Assembly (NCBI GenBank): GCA_963752975.1
Contig: CAVWAG010000010.1
Coordinates: forward strand, 101,292-165,291
Origin: an uncultured Chloroflexia bacterium
Lineage (GTDB): Bacteria > Chloroflexota > Dehalococcoidia > GIF9 > UBA5629
Direction: 5' to 3'
DNA length: 64,000 bases
The notes below the pieces were generated by a model, which saw only the letters and a list, made by a program, of their open reading frames with translations, did not search any database and was not told the origin of the DNA. How positions within the stretch are numbered: position 1 is the stretch's first letter; each line of letters starts with the position of its first letter. This document shows, one piece after another, positions 1 through 9,631 of this stretch. Both the position numbers and the translations under genes were made by a program.

Positions 1-1
1 G

Positions 2-2068
2 AAGGTTTTCCCCTACTGGTTCAATAAATCGGTGCTGGCGCTGACGTCGCTTTACAGCAATGATCCAGGCTTGTTCAATTCCATGCTGGAGGGGCGCTAC
101 TTTATCTTAACCCAGTTCTCCGGCATCTCACATGTCACACCCGATTACCCAGCCGTATTGAAGCAGGGATTTAACGGTATAGCCCGGGAGGTACGGGGTA
201 AATTGGAGGAAGCAAAGGCGGAATTGGAATCAATGATCACGGACGGGTCTAAAGACTTATCCCTGCAAATAAACGACAAAATCGCTTTCTACGAGGCTGC
301 TCTGACCTGCGCTGAAGCTGCCGCAAATTATGGCAAACGATGGAGTAAATTCCTGGAGCATGAGGCCGAAAAGACAATAGTTAATACGCGGAAGCAGGAA
401 CTTATTCATTTATCGGAGGTCTTCAACCGCGTGCCCGTAGAGCCGGCGGAGTCGTTTTACGAGGCGCTGCAGAGCGTTTTTATCACTCACGTCATGCTGC
501 ATTACGAGAACTTCCAGCACGGCATATCATTCGGGCGCATGGACCAGTACCTGTATCCTTATTACAAACGCGATATAGAAAGCGGCCGGCTGACGCGTGA
601 GCAGGCCGCCGAACTGACGGGTTGTTTTATCGCCAAGGCGGGCGAACTGCTACCGCTTTTCTTTGAACGTGCTACCGAGTATTTCAGCGGTCTATCCTCG
701 GCCTCAGGCATAACACTGGGCGGACGTACGGCTGATGGCAAAGACGGCGTGAATGAGCTCTCCTATCTTTTCCTGCAGACTTATGACCAGGTCAGGCTTC
801 GGCAGCCCAATTTCCATGTCAGGGTGAACCGGGATACGCCGGTTGAATTTATCGACCTCGGCTGTGAGGTGCTCAAGAAGGGTGGGGGGCTGCCGGCTTT
901 CTTCAACGACGACGAGATACCTGCGGCATTGGAAAAGTCAGGCATTGCAAGGCCGGATGCAGAAGATTACTCTATTGTAGGCTGCGTGGAATGGGGAGTG
1001 CCGGGCAAGAGCTTCCCGGCGGCCGGGGCGGTTTTCCTCAATATTCCCATGGCGCTTCACCTGGCTTTGCATAACGGAAAATTTGACGGTCTGCGGTTCG
1101 GGCCGCAGACGGGTGAAACAGGGTCATTGCACAACATGGGTGCCGTAATCGAGGCTTTTAGGGAACAACTTGACCATATGCTCAGGCGCGCAACTGCGGG
1201 CAACAATGCTATCGAAATGACCCATGCCGCGCATCACCCGACACCATTCCTGTCTATCGTCGTAGATGGCTGCATCGAAAGCGGGATGGAGGTCAACGCA
1301 GGCGGTGCGAAGTATAACTCCACCGGCTGCCAGGGAGTGGGACTGGCTGATGCCGTCGATGCGCTGACAGCCATTGAGCAAATCGTATTTAAAGACAAGA
1401 AGCTTAAGCTGGAGGAACTGGTCAGGGCAGTGGACGGCAATTTCACCGGCCATGCAGAACTGCAGGCCTACATTTTGAACCGAATACCCAAGTATGGTGA
1501 GAATGAGGAAAGGTCAAACTACTTTGCTGAGCTCGTGTCGGGGTTCTACACTGGACTGGTATCGCATTACAGCAACACCCGCGGCGGGAAGTATTATCCG
1601 GGTTTCTGGTCGATGACCACTCACCAGGGCTTTGGCGCGCGTACCGGTGCTTTACCGGGCGGACGCCTGGCTGGCCTTCCGCTGGCCAATGGCGCGTCGC
1701 CATGCAACGGCCGCGACAGGAACGGCCCCACGGCCTCCCTGTCATCAGCGGCCTGCCTGGACAGGGGCCTTATCGCTAACGGTTATGCGATCAACGAGAA
1801 ACTGGACCTGGCCTTGATTAAGGACCCGTCGCGCAACCGCCTGGTGGAAGGGTTGATACGCGGCTTCTTTGCCAGTGGCGGCATGCAGGTGCAGTTCAAT
1901 GTTGTCGACCCTGCCATTCTCATCGACGCCAAAGAACACCCTGACCAGTACCGCGGCCTGGTTGTGCGCGTCTCCGGGTACTCGGCCTATTTCAATGACC
2001 TGACAGAATCGATGAAGGATGAGCTTATCCAACGCACATTGCATGATTTCAATTCTTGTTCGTGTTAA
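2..2068 (+). CDS. Glycyl radical enzyme (PFL2/glycerol-dehydratase-like family). The N-terminus is truncated by the window edge.
   Basis: The frame is open to base 2. The C-terminus carries the glycyl radical loop RVSGYSAYF, and a GCVEWG catalytic Cys loop is present. The 678-aa ORF is the C-terminal ~85% of a ~800-aa glycyl radical enzyme. Confidence 0.75.
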   Translation, partial: KVFPYWFNKSVLALTSLYSNDPGLFNSMLEGRYFILTQFSGISHVTPDYPAVLKQGFNGIAREVRGKLEEAKAELESMITDGSKDLSLQINDKIAFYEAALTCAEAAANYGKRWSKFLEHEAEKTIVNTRKQELIHLSEVFNRVPVEPAESFYEALQSVFITHVMLHYENFQHGISFGRMDQYLYPYYKRDIESGRLTREQAAELTGCFIAKAGELLPLFFERATEYFSGLSSASGITLGGRTADGKDGVNELSYLFLQTYDQVRLRQPNFHVRVNRDTPVEFIDLGCEVLKKGGGLPAFFNDDEIPAALEKSGIARPDAEDYSIVGCVEWGVPGKSFPAAGAVFLNIPMALHLALHNGKFDGLRFGPQTGETGSLHNMGAVIEAFREQLDHMLRRATAGNNAIEMTHAAHHPTPFLSIVVDGCIESGMEVNAGGAKYNSTGCQGVGLADAVDALTAIEQIVFKDKKLKLEELVRAVDGNFTGHAELQAYILNRIPKYGENEERSNYFAELVSGFYTGLVSHYSNTRGGKYYPGFWSMTTHQGFGARTGALPGGRLAGLPLANGASPCNGRDRNGPTASLSSAACLDRGLIANGYAINEKLDLALIKDPSRNRLVEGLIRGFFASGGMQVQFNVVDPAILIDAKEHPDQYRGLVVRVSGYSAYFNDLTESMKDELIQRTLHDFNSCSC

Positions 2069-2137
2069 GAGGTCGTGCCCGGGGTGTCAGAGATAACTCA
2101 ACCTGGGAAGTTACACCTTAAATAGCTGGCAATAGAC

Positions 2138-2959
2138 ATGTATCAACTCGAGATAATAGCTTTTGTAGTTTCATTGGTAGCTCTCCAGTTGACCCTGGTG
2201 CTGTATATATGGGGCTTTATCTCCATGTCGCTGAATAAACAGGCGTTGGATAAATCCGCGGCGCGTTTTGCGCTGCCGGTGCTGGTACTGGCCTGGATAA
2301 CGTTGACGATTTCCCTTGTGGTGCGGGCGGTTTTAAGCGGCCATGTGCCTTTTACTGATATGTATGAGTTCTCGGCTTCATTTGGCTGGGGTATACTGCT
2401 TGCCGTCCTGATAGCCTGGTGGAGGTTCAGGAGTGGTATCGTCAGCGCATCGGGCGCTTTAGTGGCCTTTGCCCTGCTGGCTTTCGCTTTCAGCCAGCCC
2501 TCGCAACACACTCCCCTCTCTCCGATACTCAATCAAGCCTGGCTGCTGCCGGCGCATGTTTCCTGCGCCATCATCGCTTATGGCATGTTCGCTCTGGGCT
2601 TTGCCTCGGCGGTCCTTTTCCTGATCAGGGAGAGATATCAGGCGGCATTTTTGCCCAAACCGGAAATGCTGGATAGGATGGGTTACGAATCCTCTCTGAC
2701 GGGTTTCATTTTTATGACGGCAGTGCTTATCCTCGGCTCCATCTGGGCGAATATAGCGTGGGGCAAATATTGGTCGTGGGACCCCAAGGAAACCGCTGCG
2801 CTGGTTACCTGGCTGATCTATGCCGGGTATTTATTTACACGATTTGTGCTGAAATGGCGGGAAAGCCGTAGCGCGTGGTTCCTGGTCATCGGGTTCCTGG
2901 CGGTGCTGGTCACTTTCTTCGGCAACTTTTTCTTCGGCGGGCTGCACGCTTACTCTTGA
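2138..2959 (+). CDS. ccsA: Cytochrome c-type biogenesis protein CcsA/ResC-like (heme handling, WWD domain).
   Basis: A polytopic membrane protein with the tryptophan-rich WGKYWSWDPKE motif typical of CcsA/CcmC/CcmF heme-handling proteins. Confidence 0.55.
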   Translation: MYQLEIIAFVVSLVALQLTLVLYIWGFISMSLNKQALDKSAARFALPVLVLAWITLTISLVVRAVLSGHVPFTDMYEFSASFGWGILLAVLIAWWRFRSGIVSASGALVAFALLAFAFSQPSQHTPLSPILNQAWLLPAHVSCAIIAYGMFALGFASAVLFLIRERYQAAFLPKPEMLDRMGYESSLTGFIFMTAVLILGSIWANIAWGKYWSWDPKETAALVTWLIYAGYLFTRFVLKWRESRSAWFLVIGFLAVLVTFFGNFFFGGLHAYS

Positions 2960-2967
2960 AGTGCTTC

Positions 2968-3513
2968 TCAGTGCAGCGGTACCAGCTTCCCCCTGGTCAG
3001 CTTGACGAAGTAGATAATAAGCGAAGCCAGCGCGTAAAAAAGCCCCAGCAGGATAAGGCTGAATTTGCAGGTGGAGCAGAAGGCGGAGACCGCTGGATAG
3101 GGGTCTGATACCCCGTTGAACATCATGGTGATTAGGGCGTAATTCTCGACGGCGTCGAAGATGGCGGCCAGCCATAGTCCCCAGGCCAGCAGCATGCCGA
3201 GGTTACGCCAGCCTTTGCCCGCTATGACGCCCGCGCCCATCACGCAGGCCAGTGCGATGGTGGTGGAGTAGGCTGGCATGTACAGGTAGTCAATACCAAG
3301 GTTGAAACAGGCCCTCAGCTTACCCAGCCCATCCCAGGCATTTATGACGCCCGCAGCTTTAGTCGCAGTATTGGCAAACTCAAAGTCAACGATATTGGGG
3401 GAAAAAGGGCCTATCATACGCATGATCACTGAGAGGGCTACCGTGGCGCCCAGCAGCCAGAGGAATGTTGCCAGCTTCCGGCCCTGCGGTATTGAATTTA
3501 GCGGGTGGTTCAT
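2968..3513 (-). CDS. Hypothetical integral membrane protein.
   Basis: A 181-aa ORF with several hydrophobic helices. No recognisable motif. Confidence 0.45.
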   Translation of the reverse strand: MNHPLNSIPQGRKLATFLWLLGATVALSVIMRMIGPFSPNIVDFEFANTATKAAGVINAWDGLGKLRACFNLGIDYLYMPAYSTTIALACVMGAGVIAGKGWRNLGMLLAWGLWLAAIFDAVENYALITMMFNGVSDPYPAVSAFCSTCKFSLILLGLFYALASLIIYFVKLTRGKLVPLH

Positions 3514-3587
3514 AATTGTGAGCTAATTATCATTACAGGCATCGGTTTTGTCAAAAGTTGGTTTATGAAATTGACTTATTATTCCGG

Positions 3588-3615
3588 TTGACACTTAAGA
3601 CATAGGTGTTATAAT
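3588..3615 (+). promoter_or_regulatory. Consensus sigma-70 promoter, TTGACA-16 nt-TATAAT, giving a near-leaderless NYN transcript.
   Basis: TTGACA lies at 3588-3593 and TATAAT at 3610-3615. The ATG at 3624 is only 8 nt downstream of the -10 and has no Shine-Dalgarno sequence. Confidence 0.6.
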
Positions 3616-3623
3616 CCGCTTTA

Positions 3624-4154
3624 ATGCCAATAAACAATTATGCTTTCATTGACGGCAACAATCTTTATCTAACATTTGTCGGGCTGGGGATTCAGCTTAA
3701 GTACGATAAATTGCTATCGTATCTGAAGAAAAGGCATAACGTAACTATCGCATACTACTTTATAGGCCGTATGTCTCAGAACCAACATATCTACGATACT
3801 CTTTCGTCGTATGGTTATACTTTGCAATTCCGAGATGTTTCGAAAAAAGGTGGTAAGCCGGTTACCTGCCCGGCTTGTGGAAAGCCATTTGAGATCGACA
3901 AAGGCAAAACAAAATGCGATTGTGATGCTGACCTTGTTCTCCAGGTTATGGACGTGATAAAGGATTATGATAAGGCAATTATCATCACCAGTGATGGCGA
4001 TTTCGACAATCTCATTAAGAAGCTAATAATACTGGATAAACTGGATATGGTACTGGCCCCGAGTAAGGCTGGCTGCTCTCACCTATTAAATAGCGCAACG
4101 CTAGGCAGGATTGCCTTTCTTGATGAACTGATAGATGAGATAGAAAAATATTGA
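3624..4154 (+). CDS. NYN-domain (LabA/PIN-like) putative RNase with an inserted Cys4 zinc ribbon.
   Basis: Contains the FIDGNNLY, DADLVLQVMD and IITSDGDF acidic motifs of NYN/LabA nucleases. A CPACG...CDCD zinc-ribbon insert is present. The gene sits in an AT-rich islet (3530-4400). Confidence 0.65.
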   Translation: MPINNYAFIDGNNLYLTFVGLGIQLKYDKLLSYLKKRHNVTIAYYFIGRMSQNQHIYDTLSSYGYTLQFRDVSKKGGKPVTCPACGKPFEIDKGKTKCDCDADLVLQVMDVIKDYDKAIIITSDGDFDNLIKKLIILDKLDMVLAPSKAGCSHLLNSATLGRIAFLDELIDEIEKY

Positions 4155-4193
4155 GGGAGAACCTTATGGGACTGAAACCCATGAGATGCTCCC
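4155..4193 (+). terminator. Stem-loop downstream of the NYN gene (GGGAG...CTCCC with an inner 8-bp stem), a possible terminator.
   Basis: An inverted repeat directly after the TGA stop. No clear U-tract follows. Confidence 0.35.
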
Positions 4194-4391
4194 TCGTCGT
4201 GATGTAACTATTATATAGCCTTTGTCAATGCTTTCCAAGTCGACTGCCTGTATTACCATCTTGTCGCTTTATCATCGGACATGTAGAATAGGGCGCGTAT
4301 TAAACTTTTTATAAAGTTTATTAAAGATGCCGATAACTGAGCATACAATAAACGACGCTCTCGCAGAGGTCCTTTCGGAGACTCGCAGTTT

Positions 4392-7289
4392 ATGGCGTAC
4401 AAAGGTATCGTCAGGTCTGAAAATCTTGGATGCATCAAGGGCACTGCAGAGCAGCCCGACATCCTGGTAGTCGAGCCAAGTGTATCACCGGTTGTCGTCG
4501 AGACGGAGATCGTGCCCGGCCGTAGCCTGGAGAAAGACGCACTTCAGCGGCTTGGTGAGCAGCTACTGCCTTCAGGCCGTCGCATATTATCCTCTTTAGC
4601 AGTGCGCCTGCCTGCCAGGCTGCGCAGCCACTCAAGCGCTGCTCTCAAACGGGAGCTGTCCTCAGCCTTGGACTTTGATATGGCCCTCTATACAGGCGAG
4701 AATTCGCGAGTGTATCAGCGTTGGCCCAGGCTGGCTGGTTGCGCGGGAACATAGTCGATATGTCCATTCTTATTCAGTCTGCTTCCATTCCCCCTGCGGT
4801 TATCGAGCAGGCGGCCGATAGTTTAGTCAGCGGTGTGAGCGAGGCCGCGGCATTATTGAGCGATATGGCTTATACCCATCCCGCAGCCATTAGGAAAATA
4901 TGTGAGGAGCTACGCCAACAGGACGGCGAGCAAACCTGGAGGATGGCCACGACTATACTGGCGAATGCACTTGTATTTCATGAGAGCCTTGCCCGTGGTC
5001 CAGGGGAACTGGGCGATGTTCGAACATTAGATGAGATCACGGCCGTGGGTTCAGCAGCCGTCAAGTCCGCCATCATTGAAGAATGGTACAAGATTCTCAA
5101 GGTCAATTACTGGCCGATTTTCGACATAGCCAGGCGCATCCTCGAGGTGATTCCTGCTGACAATGCCAAACCCTTGCTTCGCCGCTTGATGATGACGGCA
5201 AGTGAGTTGATAGAAAACCGTCTGATGCGCTCACATGATTTAACCGGTGCTGTGTTCCAGCGCCTGATCGCAGACCGGAAGTTTCTTGCTGCTTACTATA
5301 CTACCCCCGCGGCGGCAGCGCTGTTAGTTGGTCTGGCAATTCATTCTGATCGTACGCCCGGAAAGGGCTTGTGGTCGAATCCAGACGACGTTAAGAATCT
5401 GCGTATTGCCGATTTTGCCTGCGGCACCGGGACTCTTTTATCTACCGCGTACCAGCGCATTAGCCAGTTGCATGAAGCCGCCGGCGGCGATGCCGAGGCA
5501 TTGCATCCATCGATGATGGCGGCGGCTCTTGTCGGCTGCGACGTGCTGCCTGCAGCAGCCCATTTGACAGCCTCCATGCTGGCCGGTGCTCATCCCAATG
5601 TCAAGTATATCCAGAGCTCGATTTTGACCGTTGCCTACGGCCCTACGTCTGATGGTGGTGTCGCATTGGGTTCTCTTGAGTTGCTTGATCCTCAACGCCC
5701 GTTCGAGATTATCGCCGTCACGGCAAAAGCCGCGGAAGGCATGGGAGAAACTGAGAAAGAGCTCTGGTCTTCGTTGCCTCATGAATCCTTTGATCTGGTC
5801 ATAATGAATCCCCCCTTTACAAGGGACACTGATCATGAAGCAAGCCGGGCCGAAACTCGCAATCCAATGTTCGGTGCCTTTGGTTCCACTGCTGAACAAC
5901 AAAGAGCAATGGCGCAGGCTGCCGAGCGTCTTCTTCGTGGTACCAGCGCTCATGGCAACGCCGGAGAAGCGAGCGCATTCCTGGTACTCGCCGATCGCAA
6001 GCTGAAAAATGGAGGAACATTGGCTTTGGTAATGCCCCTTAGTTTAATATCTGGAGAAGCGTGGGAATCGTCTCGGCAATTGCTCCGAAAATCATATAGT
6101 GATCTGGTATTTGTATCAATTGCCGGAGCTCGTGACAATAGCTCTCTCCTTCTCGGCGGATACGGGTATGGGCGAAGTTCTAGTTATTGGCCGCAAGATG
6201 GCTAACGAAAACAAGAGGGCGACGTTCGTAGTGTTGAAGGATCGCCCGGTATCTCCGATGGTCGGCGCCTGCACTGCCGTTCAGATAAATCTTGCCCGAG
6301 CTGGGAACTTGCGTAAATTGGAGGACAATCCGATAGGTGGGAGCCTTCATTCATTTTGGTGATGATCTGATCGGTTATGCCATCGACGCTCCGCTTCCAA
6401 CGGAGCGGGCCATGGAGTCTGGTTCGCATTTTGGATGCCTTTCTTGCTCAGGTAGCTTACCAGATTGCAAGAGAAATCTGTTATCTGGTTGCCTGGTATG
6501 AGTGAAGGCGCTGCTTTGGCGGTTCCTATTTCTGAGGTAGCCAACATCGGTATCGTAGGGCCGATTGACCGCGATATAAACGGCAATACGTCTAACGGCG
6601 GAATACGCGGTCCGTTCCAGATTGAGAGCCTGAAAGCAAAGACAGCTCCAACATATCCGGTTCTGTGGTCGCATGATGCAAAACGTGAGCGTTGCATGGA
6701 GTTCGAGGCGGATAGCGAAGGCATAGTGCGTCAGGGTGGTACCGCCAGTGAGAGCGCCGCGGTTAAGAAAAAGGCCGACCGTATCTGGGCGATGGCGTCC
6801 CATTGTCATTTCAATAGAGATTTCCGATTTAATAGTCAGTCCACGGCTATGCAGTTCACGATCAGGCCTACCATCGGTGGTGTAGCTTGGCCATCCATTA
6901 GGCTCAATAGCCCCGATCAGGCAAAGGTATTGACACTATGGGCGAATTCCTCTCTTGGACTTCTTCTTCACTGGTGGCATGCCAATAAACAGCAAGCTGG
7001 CCGCGGCCGTATAGGCGTGTCGGCGCTGGGTTCGCTGCCAGTGTTAGATGTGACCAAGCTCTCCAAGAAGGCGTTGTCAAAGGCGGTTGCCATCTTCGAT
7101 GAGATGAAGAGCCGCGAGCTGCGACCGGTCAATGAGATAGACCGCGACCCTGTCCGCCATGAAATTGATACCAGGCTCTGCACCGAGGTGCTCGGCTTGC
7201 CTCCCGAAATTACCGCCCCCGATGGCTCCCTGGCTTTGCTCCGGCAGAAACTTGCTCTCGAACCATCCATACACGGCGGTAAGAAATGA
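4392..7289 (+). pseudogene. Large gamma-class N6-adenine DNA methyltransferase with a TaqI_C-like specificity domain (type IIG restriction-modification / PglX-like architecture), split across four reading-frame segments.
   Basis: The ORFs 4392-4754, 4721-6205, 6099-6362 and 6465-7289 overlap head-to-tail in alternating frames. Motif I DFACGTGTLL and motif IV VIMNPPFT appear in gamma order. The C-terminal LTLWANSSLGLLLHWW...G motif resembles the TaqI_C/type IIG specificity domain. Conservation continues across the frame changes (…SIAGARDN|LSFSADTGMGEVLVIG…). Confidence 0.6.
4721..6205 (+). CDS. Core N6-adenine methyltransferase segment (HsdM/type IIG-like N-terminal helical region plus catalytic domain). 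It is the largest intact frame of the disrupted gene.
   Basis: Contains the FxGxG SAM-binding motif and the NPPF catalytic motif. Confidence 0.6.
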   Translation: MAQAGWLRGNIVDMSILIQSASIPPAVIEQAADSLVSGVSEAAALLSDMAYTHPAAIRKICEELRQQDGEQTWRMATTILANALVFHESLARGPGELGDVRTLDEITAVGSAAVKSAIIEEWYKILKVNYWPIFDIARRILEVIPADNAKPLLRRLMMTASELIENRLMRSHDLTGAVFQRLIADRKFLAAYYTTPAAAALLVGLAIHSDRTPGKGLWSNPDDVKNLRIADFACGTGTLLSTAYQRISQLHEAAGGDAEALHPSMMAAALVGCDVLPAAAHLTASMLAGAHPNVKYIQSSILTVAYGPTSDGGVALGSLELLDPQRPFEIIAVTAKAAEGMGETEKELWSSLPHESFDLVIMNPPFTRDTDHEASRAETRNPMFGAFGSTAEQQRAMAQAAERLLRGTSAHGNAGEASAFLVLADRKLKNGGTLALVMPLSLISGEAWESSRQLLRKSYSDLVFVSIAGARDNSSLLLGGYGYGRSSSYWPQDG

Positions 7290-7389
7290 CTGGCAAAAAA
7301 GGCGGTGAATGCTCATGGCTGCTCTGGACGGCTTATTATATAGATAGAAAACACAACAGAGAAAAGCTGTTGAAAGAATACGAAGACTA

Positions 7390-7426
7390 CCAAAAAAACC
7401 GACGCCGCCCTTTTAGGACGGCATCT
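7390..7426 (-). terminator. Rho-independent terminator of the dsr operon.
   Basis: On the minus strand a GCCGTCC-TAAAA-GGGCGGC hairpin is followed by a T7 tract, immediately downstream of the dsrP stop. Confidence 0.6.
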
Positions 7427-7505
7427 TTACTCTTTCTACGCGTGGCAGATGAGCTAAATAGTATGCTATATCCGTATTTGACTATTGTCAAATGCCAGTC
7501 ATCAT

Positions 7506-8657
7506 CTATGTTTCTTGCCTGACTCCCAATACCACCTTGTAAAGCAGCGTCAGGATAAGGCCGCCTATGGCCCACACGCCTAATACAATAAGCGCTTCGT
7601 TTAAAGTAGGCACGTATTCGTAAACCTCGCCTAAAGGATTAGGGATGAAGCCCGGCACTATCAGGCCGAGGCCTTTATCTATCCAGACGGATATGAAGAC
7701 AGCGGCGCAGGCTGAGGCGAGGATTGCAGTGTTTTTACGCGTTGAAGGCAGCAAAAGCAAGACGATGGCTGCTATTGCCAGGGTAACCGATGTCCACATC
7801 CAGGGGACAAGTCCGGAATGGCCATCCAGCCCGAAAAAAAGGTATTGGAAGTGTGCCATGCCTTCCGGTTCCTGGCTGTAGAAAACGGTGAAGATCTCCA
7901 GAACCAGGAAGAAGACCGTAGCGATGATGCTGTAAGCAACTATCTTTGCTACCTTATCGAGTGATTCCTTTCCGGGGTCGAAGCCGGCAAAACGCCTGAG
8001 CAGCAAAGCCAGTAATATCAACAGCGCGGGACCAGAGGCGAAGGCCGAGGCCAGAAAGCGCGGCGCCAGCAGTGCGGTCATCCAGAAAGGACGCGCCGCC
8101 AGGCCGGCATATATGAAAGCCGTTACCGTGTGGATGCTGATGGCCCAGGGAATGGAAAGGATGATAACAGGCTTGATCCAGGACGGCGGCGGCAACTCCT
8201 TGCTGTCGGCATCGAGCGTGACCCAGCCGATGATGATGTTGAGCAGCAGGTAGCCGCTCAGCACCACCGTGTCCCAAAATAGGATGGAAGTGGGCGAGGG
8301 ATAGAGGAAAAGGTTGAAGACGCGCGACGGCTGGCCCAGGTCAACCACGATGAAGGTGATGCAGACGACCACCGCAGCGACCGCCAGGAATTCGCCCAGT
8401 ATGATGATCTTTCTGAAGGCTTTCTCGTTGTGCAGGTAGTAGGGGATGACCAGCATGACCGCCGAGGCGGCCACGCCCACGAAGAAGGTGAAGTTGGCGA
8501 TGTAAAGACCCCAGGATACATCGCGGGAAAGGCCGGTGACGCTTAATCCCAGGTCAAGCTGGCGCAGGTAGGCCAGGAAACCCACGCCAATGATAATGAA
8601 CAGAACGCCCACCAGGGTCCAGTACTTCTTGCCGCCTTTAAAGACCGCTTCTATCAT
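7506..8657 (-). CDS. dsrP: DsrP-like NrfD/PsrC-family polytopic membrane subunit (quinone-interacting).
   Basis: A 383-aa protein with about 10 transmembrane helices. It is the last gene of the M-K-J-O-P series. Confidence 0.7.
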   Translation of the reverse strand: MIEAVFKGGKKYWTLVGVLFIIIGVGFLAYLRQLDLGLSVTGLSRDVSWGLYIANFTFFVGVAASAVMLVIPYYLHNEKAFRKIIILGEFLAVAAVVVCITFIVVDLGQPSRVFNLFLYPSPTSILFWDTVVLSGYLLLNIIIGWVTLDADSKELPPPSWIKPVIILSIPWAISIHTVTAFIYAGLAARPFWMTALLAPRFLASAFASGPALLILLALLLRRFAGFDPGKESLDKVAKIVAYSIIATVFFLVLEIFTVFYSQEPEGMAHFQYLFFGLDGHSGLVPWMWTSVTLAIAAIVLLLLPSTRKNTAILASACAAVFISVWIDKGLGLIVPGFIPNPLGEVYEYVPTLNEALIVLGVWAIGGLILTLLYKVVLGVRQET

Positions 8658-8663
8658 AAATAC

Positions 8664-9425
8664 CTACACAATGTAATAGACCTGGGGGCGTGTGCCCAGT
8701 TCGGACTTGCGCGTCAGGGAATAGCCCTGTGATAGTACGCGCTGAATAGCGGCGCCGGGCTTAAGTTCGCCAAAGGTAAGCGCACCCTGCTTGCAGGCCT
8801 CCACGCAGGCCGGTGGTTGTCCCAGTGCCAGGCGTTCCTCGCAGAAGTTGCATTTCTCAACTACACCTTTTGTGCGGGTGGGATAATTAAGATTAATGTC
8901 CTTGATATACGGCCGCGGGTCGCGCCAGTTGAAGCTGCGCGAGCCGTAGGGGCAGGCCGCCATGCAATAACGGCAACCGATACAGCGGTGGTAGTCCATC
9001 ATCACTATGCCGTCATCTCTCCGCCAGGTGGCCTGCGTGGGACAGACCCTCACACAGGGCGGGTTGTCGCAATGGTTGCAGAGCAGCAGCACGGATGCAT
9101 CCTTGAGCGGCGCGTACTGCATTTCTTGCCCGCCAAAAGCCTGTTGATAGGTAGCCTCCCGGATCCATTTGACCTCTTCCTTGCGGTTTCCGATCTCAGG
9201 GACGTTGTGCACCGAGTGACAGGCCAGTATGCAGTCGCGGCAGCCTGCTTCGGCAGTGCAGGCTTTCAGGTCGACGGCCATGGCCAGGCGGCCGCGCTCC
9301 TGGCTACCGGGTCCAAGTGCACGGGCGATTTCCGGGCGGGTAAGCAGGTCGATGACGGGTTTGGAGGCAATGGCAAGGAGTCCGAGTGAGGCGAGTTTCA
9401 GGAAGGTACGGCGGTCGATGTTCAT
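8664..9425 (-). CDS. dsrO: DsrO-like periplasmic Fe-S subunit (NrfC/HybA/PsrB family) with a Tat signal.
   Basis: Has the twin-arginine signal MNIDRRTFLKLASLGLLA and multiple CxxCxxCxxxCP ferredoxin motifs. Start chosen at the Tat-signal Met (9425) rather than the ORF-track start at 9470. Confidence 0.7.
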   Translation of the reverse strand: MNIDRRTFLKLASLGLLAIASKPVIDLLTRPEIARALGPGSQERGRLAMAVDLKACTAEAGCRDCILACHSVHNVPEIGNRKEEVKWIREATYQQAFGGQEMQYAPLKDASVLLLCNHCDNPPCVRVCPTQATWRRDDGIVMMDYHRCIGCRYCMAACPYGSRSFNWRDPRPYIKDINLNYPTRTKGVVEKCNFCEERLALGQPPACVEACKQGALTFGELKPGAAIQRVLSQGYSLTRKSELGTRPQVYYIV

Positions 9426-9446
9426 ACCGGGCGCCTTCCCGGAACA

Positions 9447-9508
9447 GATTGCTTCGTCGCTGCCTGCCACGCCTTCGGCTCGCAGCTTCGGCTCATCCTC
9501 GCAATGAC
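9447..9508. repeat. 62-bp direct repeat, copy 1, in the dsrJ-dsrO intergenic region. Includes an 11-bp-stem palindrome at 9499-9527.
   Basis: GATTGCTTCGTCGCTGCCTGCCACGCCTTCGGCTCGCAGCTTCGGCTCATCCTCGCAATGAC is about 94% identical to copy 2. The palindrome is TCGCAATGACG-ccaaaaa-CGTCATTGCGA. Confidence 0.8.
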
Positions 9509-9569
9509 GCCAAAAACGTCATTGCGAACGAAGTGAAGCAATCTTATTGATAGTGGCGTACTGCCCTGG

Positions 9570-9631
9570 GATTGTTTTGTCGCTGCCTGCCACGCCTTCG
9601 GCTCGCAGCTTCGGCTAACCCTCGCAATGAC
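9570..9631. repeat. 62-bp direct repeat, copy 2 (123-bp period).
   Basis: GATTGTTTTGTCGCTGCCTGCCACGCCTTCGGCTCGCAGCTTCGGCTAACCCTCGCAATGAC. Confidence 0.8.

Noticed and set aside
1124-2044. Several 60-109-aa antisense ORFs inside the glycyl radical enzyme gene.
   Set aside because: They are fully embedded in a strongly conserved coding region on the opposite strand, as expected of random ORFs in GC-rich sequence.
4253-4462. A 69-aa minus-strand ORF between the NYN gene and the methyltransferase gene.
   Set aside because: It is short, lacks a plausible ribosome-binding site, and overlaps the N-terminal fragment of the methyltransferase gene. It is more likely non-coding promoter or leader sequence.
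9447-9631. The 123-bp-period repeats in the dsrJ-dsrO spacer as a possible CRISPR array.
   Set aside because: There are only two repeats, 62 bp long, with no spacer or repeat alternation of CRISPR dimensions and no cas genes. The remainder of the window was also scanned for short regularly spaced repeats and none were found.
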